Assembly: GCA_001773725.1 (NCBI GenBank)
Contig: MEXP01000020.1
Coordinates: 102,767 to 166,766, forward strand
DNA length: 64,000 bases
Origin: Candidatus Amesbacteria bacterium RIFCSPLOWO2_01_FULL_49_25
Lineage (GTDB): Bacteria > Patescibacteriota > Microgenomatia > CAZETR01 > Amesbacteraceae
Direction of reading: 5' to 3'
In this document: piece by piece, positions 28,810 to 39,832 of the stretch
Position numbering within the stretch: position 1 is the stretch's first letter
Layout of the letters: each line of letters opens with the position of its first letter
Notes under the pieces: generated by a model
Seen by the model: the letters and a program-made list of their open reading frames with translations, nothing else
Told to the model about the DNA's origin: nothing
Database searches by the model: none
Program-made: the position numbers and the translations under genes

Positions 28810-31800
28810 ATGCATTCTGTACGCCAATACTGGGGTAAACCATCTGGTCAACTGCCTCCCCTTAATCTAAACTCTATCCAATTGGACTCCTGGAAGTGGT
28901 TTTTAGAAACAGGCATTAAAGATGCCGTTTCCGAGATTACCCCAGTAGAGGACTTTACCGGCAAAAATTGGCTGCTGGAATTTTCCGACCACTCTTTGGA
29001 CAAGCCCTCTCTCACTCCTCAAGGTGCTCTTCAAAAAGGCCTTACTTATTCCATCCCTCTTCGTGTCAAAGTAAAGTTACTCAATAAACAAACTCAAAAG
29101 ACCAGCCTCGGCGAAGTTTTCCTGGGCGATATCCCTCAAATGACCGACCGGGGAACCTTCATAGTCAACGGTGTAGAAAGGGTAGTTATCAATCAAATCG
29201 TTCGTTCCCCGGGCGTTTACTTTGGCGCGGACCTCGACGCCGCCTCTGGAAGAATGCTTCACACTGCTGAACTTCGCCCGATTCGCGGCACTTGGCTGGA
29301 GTTTGAGATCTCCCGCGGTGATGTTATCTCCGTGCGTATCGATCGCCGCCGGAAATTTTTGGTCACCGTCTTACTCAAAGCCGTCGGCTTGTCTGATATG
29401 ACCAAACTCCGGGAAACTTTTTCTGTTGTCGACTCCGACCCCGATCATCACTATCTCGAAAGTACCCTCGCCAAAGACCTCACTAAAACCACTGAGGAGG
29501 CTTTGATTGAAGTCTACAAAAAAATGCGTCCCGGGGAACCTGTGGTTTTAGAAAACGCCCAACGTCTGATTTATGACTTATTTTTCAACCCCCGCCGCTA
29601 TGATTTGGGTCAGGTCGGTCGTTATAAACTAAACGGGCGTTTGGAACTAAACTCTGATCAGCTGGTTCTCACCCGCGACGATCTGATTTCCACGGTCATT
29701 TACCTCATTGGACTACAAAATGGCAAAGGTCGGATCGACGACATCGATCACTTGGGCAATCGCCGTGTCCGCTGTGTGGGAGAACTGGTGTGCCAAACCG
29801 CCTTTCGGGATGGCCTTTTGCGTCTCGAAAGGGCCATTAAAGAAAAAATGAGCCTGGTTTCCACTGAGGAACTAGTTGCTCCGACACTCCTTGTTAATGC
29901 CCGTCCCGTCATTGCCGCCATCAATGAATTCTTTAGGAGCTCCCAGCTTTCTCAGATATTGGAGCAAACCAATCCCCTTTCCGAAATTGACCATTTGCGC
30001 CGACTCACCGTCATGGGGCGAGGCGGAATTACTCGCGAGAGAGCTTCATTTAGTATCCGCGACGTCAATTCCAGTCAATACGGTCGCATCGACCCCGTTA
30101 GATCCCCGGAAGGCGCCAATATCGGTTTGGTGACGTACCTGGCTCTCGGTGCCCGGGTCAACAAATTTGGCTTCCTGGAAGTGCCATATCGAAAAGTTGT
30201 CCACCATAAGTCAGAATCACAAATAACGGACGAGATCGTTTATCTCACTGCCGATGACGAGGCGAATTATCACATCACCCACGGTAACCTCAAAACAGAT
30301 TTGACAGGTCGGATACTAGACATCTGGGTCCCCGTACGCTATCAGGGTACTTTTACAGAAGGCCCAATAAGAGAAGTAGACTTTGTAGACGCCGCTTCTC
30401 GCCAAATTGTTGGCACCTCAGCTTCCCTCATTCCCTTTTTGGCCAACGACGCCGCCAACCGGGCTTTAATGGGAGCCAACATGCAGACCCAAGCCGTCCC
30501 TCTTTTAAAGCCTCAAAGCCCGATAGTGGGTACGGGTATGGAGCAAGAAATCGCCGCGGCTATGGGCTGGTCAGTTTACGCCCGGCATTCTGGAGTGGTT
30601 ACTTTCGTCGACGCTACCAAGATAGCTGTTAAACTCGATTCTAAGCCTGTCACACCACCCGCCAATACAGAAAACATTGTCCTTAAAGGTGATGTCGAAA
30701 CCTACTATCTGACCAAGTTTAAACGTACTTCCCAAAGTTCTTGCTTCAATCAACATCCGACGGTTTCCATGGGACAAAAAGTATCTCTGGGTCAGCTTCT
30801 CATCGATGGCCCCGCCTCCCAAGACGGAGAATTGGCCCTCGGCCAAAACCTCATCATAGCTTACGCCTCCTATAATGGCCTGGGTTACGAAGACGCCATT
30901 GTTATTTCCGAACGCTTAGTCAGAGAAGATGTCCTTACTTCGATCCATATCGAAGAGTACGAGGCCGATATTGTAGACACCAAACTCGGGCCAGAGGAAC
31001 TCACCCGAGACATCCCCAATATCGGAGAGACTTTTCTCGCCAACCTCGATCATCAAGGCATAGTTACCGTCGGATCGGAGGTTGGACCAAACGATATTTT
31101 GGTTGGAAAAATAGCTCCCAAAGGCGAGACGGAGCTGTCTGCCGAGGAACGTTTGCTCCGTGCCATATTTGGTGAAAAAGCGCGCGATGTCAGAGACACT
31201 TCACTGCGAATGCCTCACGGGGAAAGGGGAATCGTTGTCGATGTCCAAGTCCTAAGCCGCGACGTCGGCGACGAGCTTCCTCCCGGTACCAACATTCGGG
31301 TAATAGTCAAAGTAGCTCAGATTAGGAAAATTAGCGTCGGGGATAAATTGGCTGGTCGCCACGGAAACAAAGGCGTTATCTCCAAAATCGTCCCGGTCTG
31401 CGATATGCCCTATCTACCGGATGGCACCCCTGTAGATATTATTATTTCTCCCCTATCAGTCCTGGCCCGTATGAACTTAGGCCAGCTCCTCGAGGCTCGC
31501 TTGGGCTGGGCACTTAAAAAGACTGGACAAAAAAGTGCTTTTCCCGTATTCGAAACCACCACCGAAGACCAAATCGCGAGCGAAATGAAAAAGGCCGGTC
31601 TTCCCGTATCTGGAAAAGTTATCCTTACCGACGGCCAAACCGGTTTACCCTACGAGGAACCGACCGTGGTAGGTATCGGTTATATCCTCAAGTTGCACCA
31701 CATGGTAGAGGACAAGACCCACGCCCGCTCTACCGGACCTTACTCACTGGTCACTCAACAGCCGTTAGGGGGCAAAGCCCAAATGGGTGGACAACGCCTG

Positions 31801-32115
31801 GGGGAAATGGAAGTTTGGGCTCTGGAGTCTCATAAAGCGGCCCACACTCTCCAGGAAATGCTCACCATAAAGTCAGACGATGTTGTAGGCAGGGCCAAAG
31901 CCTTCGAAGCCATCGTCAAAGGTATCGATATTCCCACCTCATCTGTACCGGAGTCTTTTAATGTCTTAGTCAAGGAACTCCAATCCCTTGGATTGCAGGT
32001 TACTCCACTAGGAATACAGGTCAAACCTGCAGATGACCCACTTACCCCCCCTCCCTCCGCCCCAGCCGACGATGCCGTTATCAGCTCTACCCCTCTACCA
32101 GTTTCAGATGACTAA
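28810..32115 (+). CDS. rpoB: RNA polymerase beta subunit
   Basis: GTFIVNGVERV, DDIDHLGNRR, RALMGANMQ, GDKLAGRHGNKG, GGQRLGEMEVWALE. Confidence 0.99.
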   Translation: MHSVRQYWGKPSGQLPPLNLNSIQLDSWKWFLETGIKDAVSEITPVEDFTGKNWLLEFSDHSLDKPSLTPQGALQKGLTYSIPLRVKVKLLNKQTQKTSLGEVFLGDIPQMTDRGTFIVNGVERVVINQIVRSPGVYFGADLDAASGRMLHTAELRPIRGTWLEFEISRGDVISVRIDRRRKFLVTVLLKAVGLSDMTKLRETFSVVDSDPDHHYLESTLAKDLTKTTEEALIEVYKKMRPGEPVVLENAQRLIYDLFFNPRRYDLGQVGRYKLNGRLELNSDQLVLTRDDLISTVIYLIGLQNGKGRIDDIDHLGNRRVRCVGELVCQTAFRDGLLRLERAIKEKMSLVSTEELVAPTLLVNARPVIAAINEFFRSSQLSQILEQTNPLSEIDHLRRLTVMGRGGITRERASFSIRDVNSSQYGRIDPVRSPEGANIGLVTYLALGARVNKFGFLEVPYRKVVHHKSESQITDEIVYLTADDEANYHITHGNLKTDLTGRILDIWVPVRYQGTFTEGPIREVDFVDAASRQIVGTSASLIPFLANDAANRALMGANMQTQAVPLLKPQSPIVGTGMEQEIAAAMGWSVYARHSGVVTFVDATKIAVKLDSKPVTPPANTENIVLKGDVETYYLTKFKRTSQSSCFNQHPTVSMGQKVSLGQLLIDGPASQDGELALGQNLIIAYASYNGLGYEDAIVISERLVREDVLTSIHIEEYEADIVDTKLGPEELTRDIPNIGETFLANLDHQGIVTVGSEVGPNDILVGKIAPKGETELSAEERLLRAIFGEKARDVRDTSLRMPHGERGIVVDVQVLSRDVGDELPPGTNIRVIVKVAQIRKISVGDKLAGRHGNKGVISKIVPVCDMPYLPDGTPVDIIISPLSVLARMNLGQLLEARLGWALKKTGQKSAFPVFETTTEDQIASEMKKAGLPVSGKVILTDGQTGLPYEEPTVVGIGYILKLHHMVEDKTHARSTGPYSLVTQQPLGGKAQMGGQRLGEMEVWALESHKAAHTLQEMLTIKSDDVVGRAKAFEAIVKGIDIPTSSVPESFNVLVKELQSLGLQVTPLGIQVKPADDPLTPPPSAPADDAVISSTPLPVSDD

Positions 32116-35100
32116 AACCCCAACCGATCATCTCGATTCATTCAAAAACATATACGACTTTAACAGTCTTCAGATTAAACTGGCTTCCCCGGATGCCATA
32201 AAACTCTGGTCGCACGGCGAGATTACCAAGCCGGAAACAATTAACTACCGCACCCTGCGGCCCGAAAAAGACGGCCTTTTTGATGAACGCATCTTTGGCC
32301 CAGTCAAAGATTGGGAATGTTATTGCGGTAAGTATAAACGAATTCGCTACAAAGGTATCATTTGCGATAAGTGTGGTGTAGAAGTTACTCACTCCCGCGT
32401 TCGTCGGGAAAGAATGGGTCATATTTCCTTAGCCTGTCCGGTCGCTCACGTTTGGTATTTCAAGGGTGCCCCCAGCCGCTTAAGCCTTCTCCTCGACGTT
32501 TCTCCTAAAGCCCTCGAATCAGTCATTTATTTTGCTCAATATATCGTCACTTCTATCGATATCAAATCTCAAACTGCGGCCATTGACAAGTTGAAAAAAG
32601 ATTTAACCCAAAAAACTGCCGTTATTAAATCGGACACACAGGAGAAAGTTCGCGATCTAGACAACTCCCTTAATCAGCAAATTTCCCAGATCAAAAGCCA
32701 AAACTTTCCCTCCGATGATGCCAAAGCCTTAGCTCTCGAACAAGCCAGTCTCAAATTCAAGGCCCTTATCCAGTCCAGCCGGGAGGCAGAGGCTTCAGAA
32801 ATTGCCAATTTAGGTAGCCTTTATGACCGTCTGGTAAATATTGTCAGCACTCTCCATGTCACTAGTATTTTAACCGAAGACGAACACCTAAAACTTTCCG
32901 AGTATCAAGCCGTCGACTTCTTAGAAGTGGCCATGGGAGCCGAAGCGATTTTGCAAGTTATCTCTAATTTGGATTTGGGCAGTCTCGCCGCCGCTCTTCG
33001 TCAGGAAGTAGCATCTGCTACAGGACAACGTCACATCAAAGCCACCAAACGTCTCCGAGTCGTTGATGGGCTAAAAAGAGCCGGAGTCAACCCCGCCTGG
33101 ATGGTTATGCGCATTCTCCCGGTCATTCCTCCGGATCTCCGGCCAATGGTCCAATTGTCTGGTGGTCGCTTTGCCACCTCCGATCTCAACGACCTCTATC
33201 GTCGGGTCATAAATCGTAATAACCGTCTCAAACATCTCATGGACCTCGGTGCCCCTGAAATTATTTTACGAAATGAGAAACGCATGCTCCAGGAAGCGGT
33301 AGATGCTCTCATTGATTCTAGTCAACGCACCTCACGGACCAACCGTCTTCCCATTGGTGCTCATACCAAATCCTTATCCGATATGCTGCGGGGCAAACAA
33401 GGCAGATTCCGCCAAAACCTGCTTGGCAAGCGCGTCGATTACTCTGGCCGCTCTGTTATCGTCGTCGGACCTGAACTCAAACTTCACCAGTGCGGCTTGC
33501 CCAAGGACATGGCCCTGGAAATGTTCAAACCTTTTGTCTTGCGCCAGTTAATCGTTAGAGGCTTGGCTCCAAACGTCAAATCCGCCAAAAATCTCCTGGA
33601 ATCTCGCCCCCCCGAAGTCTTCGATATTCTTGAGGAGATTACCCGAAATCACCCGGTCCTGTTAAACCGCGCTCCCACTCTGCACAAGCTATCTATTCAA
33701 GCTTTCTACCCTCTCCTTATCGAAGGGTCGGCCATTAGAATCCACCCTTGTATTTGCTCGGGATTCAACGCCGATTTTGATGGCGACCAAATGGCCGTTC
33801 ATGTCCCCCTAAGTTCCCAAGCCATAACCGAGGTCGAATCCCTCATGCTTCCTCAGCATAACCTCCGAAAACCTGCCGATGGTACCCCTATTTCCATTCC
33901 CTCTACCAAAGAAATGGCCCTCGGCAACTATTTCCTTACTTCAGTTGACTCCCGATCTCCAGCTTATCCCAGCGCTTTCTCTTCTTACGACGAAGCGGTT
34001 CTCGCCTATCATACTGGACATCTCAAACTCCGCCAAGCTATTAAGTTCCCCCTTAATGGTCAAATTATTGATACTACCGTTGGTCGACTCATTTTCAACA
34101 ACATTCTTCCCCAACCTTTGCGCTATGTCAACGAACCGGTTCGTCGCTCCACCATTACTCAGCTCTTTCATAAAGCCTTCCAAATCTACGCTCAGGATGT
34201 CGGAGTAATCACTCAGCTCATTGATGACATCAAATCATTAGGCTTCTGGGCCGGCACACTCTCCGGTTTGTCGGTTAGTGTTACAGACTGCATAATTTCC
34301 TCCCAAAAAGACGGCATAGTAGCGGCCGCCCAGTCTCAAATCGCTGAAATTGAGCAAAATTACTCCATGGGTCTCATCACTCTGGAAGAAAAACGCCGCT
34401 TGTCTCAGGGCGTGTGGTTAGAAACCACTGAAAAGTTAGCCGATATCACCTGGTCTCTTCTCGATGAGCACAATCCCATTCGCCAGATTGTAGATACTGG
34501 AGCCACCAAAGCCTCTCGCGAGCAGGTAAAACAGCTCTCTGCCATGCGCGGGCTTGTCGTCGATCCCTTAGGCCGTATCGTCGACCTGCCCATCAAAAGT
34601 AATTACCGCCAAGGGTTTTCCACTTTTGAATACGTTACTGCAGCTCGTGGCGAACGCAAGGGTTTGTCTGACACAGCCATTAGAACTGCCGACGCAGGCT
34701 ACCTCACCCGTCGTTTGGTAGACGTCGCCCACGATGCGATAATTCGTCAGGAAGACTGTGGTACTACCTCAGGCCTCACAATTTCTCGTCACGGTCGTCG
34801 ATCAAAGGTTTTCAAAAACCGAATCTTTGGTCGAATCCTCGCTCAAGATGTTACCTCTCCCAAATCCAAAAAAGTCATCGTCAGGCAAGGAGAAATGATT
34901 TTGGAGAACCATCTCTCCCTTTTTGACAAAGATGAAATTTCTGAAGTGGTCGTTCGAACTCCCCTTACGTGCAATTCCAAATACGGACTCTGTTCACACT
35001 GTTATGGCCTCAGCCTCTCTACCATGTCTTTATCCAAAATTGGCGACCCCGCAGGCGTCGTTGCCGCTCAAAGCATCGGCGAACCTGGCACGCAAATGAC

Positions 35101-35854
35101 CCTCCATGGCAAAACTTACGCCAAATCGGCCGGCGCCGTAGACGTTACCCAAGGCTTGCCCCGCATCGAGGAATTGTTCGAAGCCCGCACTCCAAAATTT
35201 GTCTCCCCCCTAACTGAAATTTCCGGAAAAGTAGAAATCATTGAGACCGACAGCGGCTACAAAGTCCGCCTTAGAAACACCACCGTCAAGCCGGTAGAGG
35301 AACGGGAGTATCTCATTCCCCTGACCGCTGAGCTTCGCGTTTCCGATGGCGACCTCATTTCAGTCGGCACTCAATTGGCCGCGGGTTCCTTGGATATTAA
35401 AGAAGTCTTGGAAGTTCGCGGACTGCGTGGCGCCCAGGAGTATCTAATTGAAGAAATCCAATCTGTTTACGAATCCCAGGGTGTCCCCATTCACGATAAG
35501 CATTTCGAGGTCATAGTCAGAAAAATGAGCGATAGGGTAAGAATTATTTCCCAAGGCGACACTACTCTTTTACCCGGTGACATCGTTGACCGTGTGATTT
35601 TTGAAAGCGAAAACACTCGCGTTTTAGCCGCCGGAGGTGAACCGGCTACCGCTCAAATTGTCATCCTGGGGATAACTCGTGCAGCCCTCAAAACAAGTTC
35701 TTGGCTATCAGCCGCCTCGTTTATCGAAACTACCTCCCAGTTAGCCGACGCCGCGCTAGAAGGCCGCATCGATCCCTTAATGGGTCTTAAAGAAAATGTG
35801 ATTATCGGTCGTCTCATTCCCACCAGCCCGGAGCGGGCGGCCATTATTAAGTAA
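32108..35854 (+). CDS. rpoC: RNA polymerase beta' subunit
   Basis: KPETINYRT, zinc-ribbon cysteines, [26 protein letters not shown]; start moved to ATG 32108. Confidence 0.99.
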   Translation: MTKTPTDHLDSFKNIYDFNSLQIKLASPDAIKLWSHGEITKPETINYRTLRPEKDGLFDERIFGPVKDWECYCGKYKRIRYKGIICDKCGVEVTHSRVRRERMGHISLACPVAHVWYFKGAPSRLSLLLDVSPKALESVIYFAQYIVTSIDIKSQTAAIDKLKKDLTQKTAVIKSDTQEKVRDLDNSLNQQISQIKSQNFPSDDAKALALEQASLKFKALIQSSREAEASEIANLGSLYDRLVNIVSTLHVTSILTEDEHLKLSEYQAVDFLEVAMGAEAILQVISNLDLGSLAAALRQEVASATGQRHIKATKRLRVVDGLKRAGVNPAWMVMRILPVIPPDLRPMVQLSGGRFATSDLNDLYRRVINRNNRLKHLMDLGAPEIILRNEKRMLQEAVDALIDSSQRTSRTNRLPIGAHTKSLSDMLRGKQGRFRQNLLGKRVDYSGRSVIVVGPELKLHQCGLPKDMALEMFKPFVLRQLIVRGLAPNVKSAKNLLESRPPEVFDILEEITRNHPVLLNRAPTLHKLSIQAFYPLLIEGSAIRIHPCICSGFNADFDGDQMAVHVPLSSQAITEVESLMLPQHNLRKPADGTPISIPSTKEMALGNYFLTSVDSRSPAYPSAFSSYDEAVLAYHTGHLKLRQAIKFPLNGQIIDTTVGRLIFNNILPQPLRYVNEPVRRSTITQLFHKAFQIYAQDVGVITQLIDDIKSLGFWAGTLSGLSVSVTDCIISSQKDGIVAAAQSQIAEIEQNYSMGLITLEEKRRLSQGVWLETTEKLADITWSLLDEHNPIRQIVDTGATKASREQVKQLSAMRGLVVDPLGRIVDLPIKSNYRQGFSTFEYVTAARGERKGLSDTAIRTADAGYLTRRLVDVAHDAIIRQEDCGTTSGLTISRHGRRSKVFKNRIFGRILAQDVTSPKSKKVIVRQGEMILENHLSLFDKDEISEVVVRTPLTCNSKYGLCSHCYGLSLSTMSLSKIGDPAGVVAAQSIGEPGTQMTLHGKTYAKSAGAVDVTQGLPRIEELFEARTPKFVSPLTEISGKVEIIETDSGYKVRLRNTTVKPVEEREYLIPLTAELRVSDGDLISVGTQLAAGSLDIKEVLEVRGLRGAQEYLIEEIQSVYESQGVPIHDKHFEVIVRKMSDRVRIISQGDTTLLPGDIVDRVIFESENTRVLAAGGEPATAQIVILGITRAALKTSSWLSAASFIETTSQLADAALEGRIDPLMGLKENVIIGRLIPTSPERAAIIK

Positions 35855-35877
35855 GATATATAAGATATAATTGTCTC

Positions 35878-36312
35878 ATGCCTACAATCAACCAATTAGT
35901 CAGATTCGGGCGTCGCCCCCGTCCCAACAAGATTCGAGCCACGGCTCTTCGCCGCTCTTTCAATTCCAAAGACCGCCGTTTCATTTCCAATATGAACCCC
36001 CTCAAAAGAGGGGTTATCACAGTGGTCAAAACCATGACTCCCAAAAAACCAAATTCGGCTTTACGTAAAATCGCCCGGGTTAGGCTTTCCAATAGAACCG
36101 AGGTTACAGCTTACATCCCAGGAATTGGCCACAACCTGGCTGAGCACGGCATAGTTCTTGTTCGGGGAGGCCGGGTCAAAGATTTGCCCGGAGTCAAATA
36201 CCATATTGTCAGAGGCAAGTTCGATGCAGCCGGCGTCGAAAACCGTCGCCAAGGCCGCTCTCGTTACGGCACTAAATCTATTTCCGGACCCAAAGTCGCC
36301 GCCGCCTCTTAA
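35878..36312 (+). CDS. rpsL: 30S ribosomal protein S12
   Basis: [27 protein letters not shown]. Confidence 0.99.
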   Translation: MPTINQLVRFGRRPRPNKIRATALRRSFNSKDRRFISNMNPLKRGVITVVKTMTPKKPNSALRKIARVRLSNRTEVTAYIPGIGHNLAEHGIVLVRGGRVKDLPGVKYHIVRGKFDAAGVENRRQGRSRYGTKSISGPKVAAAS

Positions 36313-36316
36313 AAAT

Positions 36317-36793
36317 ATGCGCAGTAAACCAGCCCCCAAAAAATCACTCTTACCTGACCCTGTCTATCATCACCATCTGGTAAGTCAACTCATCAATCGC
36401 TCCATGTATAGCGGCAAAAAAACCGTCACCATCAAAGCCGTTTACGACATGATGGATATCATAAAATCCAAAACAGGCCTCGACCCGTTACCCCAACTTT
36501 TAAAAGCTATCGAAAACATTTCCCCTCAAATGGAAGTCCGGGCCAGACGCATCGGGGGAGCCGCCTATCAAGTACCTTCCCCTGTCAGAGCCGGCCGCAG
36601 AGACTCACTTGCTATTCGTTGGCTAATTACCGCCGCTCGCAACCGCCCCAATTCAGAATATCATTCATACTCCAATAAGCTTGCCGCGGAAGTTTTAGAC
36701 GCCGCCGGAAGTACCGGAGCTGCCGTCAAGAAAAAGTTAGATACTCACAGAATGGCCGAAGCCAATAAGGCTTTTGCCCATTTCAAATGGTAA
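36317..36793 (+). CDS. rpsG: 30S ribosomal protein S7
   Basis: EVRARRIGGAAYQVP, HRMAEANKAFAHF; start ATG 36317. Confidence 0.98.
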   Translation: MRSKPAPKKSLLPDPVYHHHLVSQLINRSMYSGKKTVTIKAVYDMMDIIKSKTGLDPLPQLLKAIENISPQMEVRARRIGGAAYQVPSPVRAGRRDSLAIRWLITAARNRPNSEYHSYSNKLAAEVLDAAGSTGAAVKKKLDTHRMAEANKAFAHFKW

Positions 36794-36799
36794 GCTGAT

Positions 36800-37402
36800 A
36801 TGGCGCGCTATATTGGTCCCAAAAACAGACTATCCCGAAGGGAAGGTTTAGATTTATTCGGCAAAGGCAATAAACTCCGTCGCTCATCCCAGGCCCCGGG
36901 TCAGCACGGACCTAAAGGTGCCCGGAGACGTAGTTCGGAATTTGGCACACAGCTCAGAGAAAAGCAGAAAACTAAGCGGCTTTATGGTATAATGGAAAGA
37001 CAGTTTAGTCGGTACTTTGGTTTTGCCGCTAAAGTTCCCGGCAAAACCGGTGAGGTACTCCTGCGCCTCCTCGAGACCAGATTAGACAACGTTGTCTATC
37101 GCTTGGGTCTAGCCCCAACCAGGGCCATGTCCAGGCAACTCGTGTCTCATGGACACGTCTTGGTAGGTGACAAAGTGGTCAAAAGCCCCTCATACCAAGT
37201 CCAGGTTGGGGATTTGATTACTCTTGATACCAAGGCCAAAAAAATACCTGCCGTAGCCGTCCGGATGTCCGATAGTAAGATTGTTCCTCCTGCCTGGCTA
37301 GAAAGGCAGGCCGAAACGGGCAAAGTTTTGTCCTTTCCAGTTCGCTCTCAGATAGACACACCTGTCAATGAGCAGCCGATTGTTGAATTTTATTCGCGTT
37401 AA
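36800..37402 (+). CDS. rpsD: 30S ribosomal protein S4 (no Zn-binding cysteines)
   Basis: MARYIGP, QLREKQK, LETRLDNVVYR, IVEFYSR. Confidence 0.98.
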   Translation: MARYIGPKNRLSRREGLDLFGKGNKLRRSSQAPGQHGPKGARRRSSEFGTQLREKQKTKRLYGIMERQFSRYFGFAAKVPGKTGEVLLRLLETRLDNVVYRLGLAPTRAMSRQLVSHGHVLVGDKVVKSPSYQVQVGDLITLDTKAKKIPAVAVRMSDSKIVPPAWLERQAETGKVLSFPVRSQIDTPVNEQPIVEFYSR

Positions 37403-37424
37403 ATCTACAATTCCTTACCCAAAA

Positions 37425-38342
37425 ATGATCGCCACCCAATTTACTATCCAATCACAAGCCGCTTCTCCCCGCTCGGCCCAATACGTGATAGAGCCTCTTC
37501 CCCAAGGATTTGGGCATACCTTGGGCAATTCGCTTCGTCGTGTTCTCTTTACATCCATCCCCGGTGCCGCCATTACTACCGCTTCCATCCCCGGTGCTAA
37601 TCATCAATTTGCTACCCTCCCCGGGGTTCAGGAGGACGTCGTTCAATTGGTGTTAAACCTCAAACTTGTCCGCCTAACTTATACCGGGTCTGAACCAGTT
37701 CGAATCACCATTTCCGCCAAAGGTCCGGGTACTGTTACAGCCGGCGATTTTCAAACTCCCCCATCAGTCACCATTGCCAATCCAGAGTTGGTTTTGGCCC
37801 ATCTTTCAGACAAATCAGCCAAACTAGAATTAGAAGCCACCGTAGAAACTGGGCTTGGATACTCTCCCGCCGAGGATCGCCAGGTTACAACTATCGGCAT
37901 GATTCCTCTCGACGCTTCTTTTACTCCTGTCACCATCGTGAATTTTTCCGTCGAAGCTACCCGCGTCGGCCGTGTCACCAACTTCGACAAACTGATTTTA
38001 GACATTACCACGGATGGCACAATCTCCCCCTCCCAGGCCCTTAAGCAGGCATCGCTTACTTTAGTAGATTATTTTACTGTCCTCTCCAACCCCGATTCCG
38101 TTATTCCTCCGCCAGGTCCTTTCTCAGATTCGAAACAGCCCAGCTCCAGCCCTGCGTTATCGATAGAGGAGCTGGATCTGCCGACTCGTATCGCCAATGC
38201 TTTACAAAAAGCCGGCCTGGAAACGGTCTCTCAACTCTTGGCCACTCCTCGCTCAGAACTGGCCAAAGTCAAAAATCTTGGCTCCAAGTCGGTAAAAATT
38301 ATTGATTTAGCTCTTAAAGACAAAGGTTTTGAACTAATCTAA
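37425..38342 (+). CDS. rpoA: RNA polymerase alpha subunit
   Basis: EPLPQGFGHTLGNSLRRVL, VEATRVG, CTD with KNLGSKS; start ATG 37425. Confidence 0.98.
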   Translation: MIATQFTIQSQAASPRSAQYVIEPLPQGFGHTLGNSLRRVLFTSIPGAAITTASIPGANHQFATLPGVQEDVVQLVLNLKLVRLTYTGSEPVRITISAKGPGTVTAGDFQTPPSVTIANPELVLAHLSDKSAKLELEATVETGLGYSPAEDRQVTTIGMIPLDASFTPVTIVNFSVEATRVGRVTNFDKLILDITTDGTISPSQALKQASLTLVDYFTVLSNPDSVIPPPGPFSDSKQPSSSPALSIEELDLPTRIANALQKAGLETVSQLLATPRSELAKVKNLGSKSVKIIDLALKDKGFELI

Positions 38343-38348
38343 TGCAGC

Positions 38349-38771
38349 ATGCCTCATTCTATCTTTGGTCGCAAATTATCTCGTGACACCGATCAGCGCC
38401 TGGCCCTTCTCAAAGGATTGGCAGGGGCTCTTATTCGTTCCGAAGCTATCGAAACTACAGAAGCCAAAGCCAAAGCCGCCAGGGATTTAATTGAAAACCT
38501 CATTACCAAAGCCCGTCGAGCCACCCTAAACGACATTCGTCTGATCGAATCGGTTATTACCGACAAAGAATTAGTCTACAAACTGGTTCACGATATCGCC
38601 CCCAGGTTTAAGACCCGAGCCGGGGGTTATTTACGCCTCATCAGAATGGGCATCAGATCAGGCGATAACGCCACCATGGTTCGTATGGAACTGGTTTCTC
38701 CCAAGCAAGTATCCCAAAAACCAAACCCCAAGTCCAAATCCTCAAGCAAGAAATCTTCTCCAAAGAAATGA
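38349..38771 (+). CDS. rplQ: 50S ribosomal protein L17
   Basis: RKLSRDTDQR, IETTEAKAK, GGYLR, GDNA. Confidence 0.97.
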   Translation: MPHSIFGRKLSRDTDQRLALLKGLAGALIRSEAIETTEAKAKAARDLIENLITKARRATLNDIRLIESVITDKELVYKLVHDIAPRFKTRAGGYLRLIRMGIRSGDNATMVRMELVSPKQVSQKPNPKSKSSSKKSSPKK

Positions 38772-39187
38772 AAACATTTGCCCCCAAGTCATCCCAGATC
38801 ACCCGCTCCTGGCATCTCATCGACGCCAAGGATGCAGTTCTCGGCCGGCTGGCTACCCACGCCGCCTCTCTCCTCATGGGCAAATCTAAGACTTCATTTT
38901 CCCGCCACCTGGATATGGCCGACCACGTGGTAGTTATAAATGCGAGCTCGGTAAAAGTTACCGGCCGCAAAGAGACCCAAAAACTTTACCGCCGCCACTC
39001 CGGCTATCCGGGTGGAATGACGGTTTTCCCCCTGTCTTATGTTCGCCAGCACCACCCCGACCGCATTATTATCCACGCCATATCCGGCATGTTGCCCAAA
39101 AACAAGCTCCAGGATCGCCTCCTCAAACATTTACATATCTATCCGGGTTCAGAGCACCCCTATGTCAAACACTTCAAACAAGCCTAA
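38768..39187 (+). CDS. rplM: 50S ribosomal protein L13
   Basis: WHLIDA...LGRLA, HSGYPGG, GMLPKN. Confidence 0.97.
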   Translation: MKTFAPKSSQITRSWHLIDAKDAVLGRLATHAASLLMGKSKTSFSRHLDMADHVVVINASSVKVTGRKETQKLYRRHSGYPGGMTVFPLSYVRQHHPDRIIIHAISGMLPKNKLQDRLLKHLHIYPGSEHPYVKHFKQA

Positions 39188-39575
39188 AATTTACGCTTCA
39201 GCCATAGGTCGCCGCAAAGAATCCACCGCGGCCGTCCGCTTTGTTTCCGGCTCTGGTCAGATTCTGGTCAACGGTCGCCCCGCCGTTGACTACTTCCAAA
39301 AAAATCCCTCTGCCATATCCCGTCTCAGTTTGCCCTTTTCCACCGTCAAAGTTTCCAAATACAACGCGCTGGTTTCAGCCCATGGCGGGGGGTTTACCGG
39401 CCAACTGGATGCCACCGTCTTGGCCGTATCCCGGGCACTAGTCCAAATCAAAGCCGATTATAAGTTACCTCTTCGTAAAGAAGGGCTGTTAACCCGCGAT
39501 TCCCGCACCCGCCAGCGCCGCATGGTAGGGACAGGCGGCAAAGCCCGTCGCCAGAAACAATCCCCCAAACGCTAA
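39162..39575 (+). CDS. rpsI: 30S ribosomal protein S9
   Basis: GRRKES, GGGFTGQ, LLTRDSR, KARRQKQSPKR; start ATG 39162. Confidence 0.97.
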   Translation: MSNTSNKPKIYASAIGRRKESTAAVRFVSGSGQILVNGRPAVDYFQKNPSAISRLSLPFSTVKVSKYNALVSAHGGGFTGQLDATVLAVSRALVQIKADYKLPLRKEGLLTRDSRTRQRRMVGTGGKARRQKQSPKR

Positions 39576-39579
39576 CAAC

Positions 39580-39801
39580 ATGACAGTAACTTTTTCAGGC
39601 TGCAAAGAAACAGGATGCAATTTGGAAAGATTCCTCAACAGTAAAGGTAATCTCCCCGAGGGGTTGAAGATCACTTGCCGTGGCTGCTATCAGATAGGAG
39701 AGGTTGAGGTGACCGATTCTGGTGACTTTACATTAGAAATGCAACCCATGCACCCCCTTCTGATTAGTTATTGGCAAAGTCTCAAAGCTCACCTGAGTTA
39801 A
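39580..39801 (+). CDS. Small hypothetical protein with four Cys (possible metal binding)
   Basis: 73-aa ORF filling the rpsI-tRNA gap; CxxxxC and CxxC. Confidence 0.45.
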   Translation: MTVTFSGCKETGCNLERFLNSKGNLPEGLKITCRGCYQIGEVEVTDSGDFTLEMQPMHPLLISYWQSLKAHLS

Positions 39802-39832
39802 ATCAACTTCAACTCTGCTAAAATAGCTTCGC

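Noticed and set aside
35081-35160. Compensated frameshift explaining the odd trigger loop
   Set aside because: Neither alternative reading frame encodes MRTFH-like sequence.
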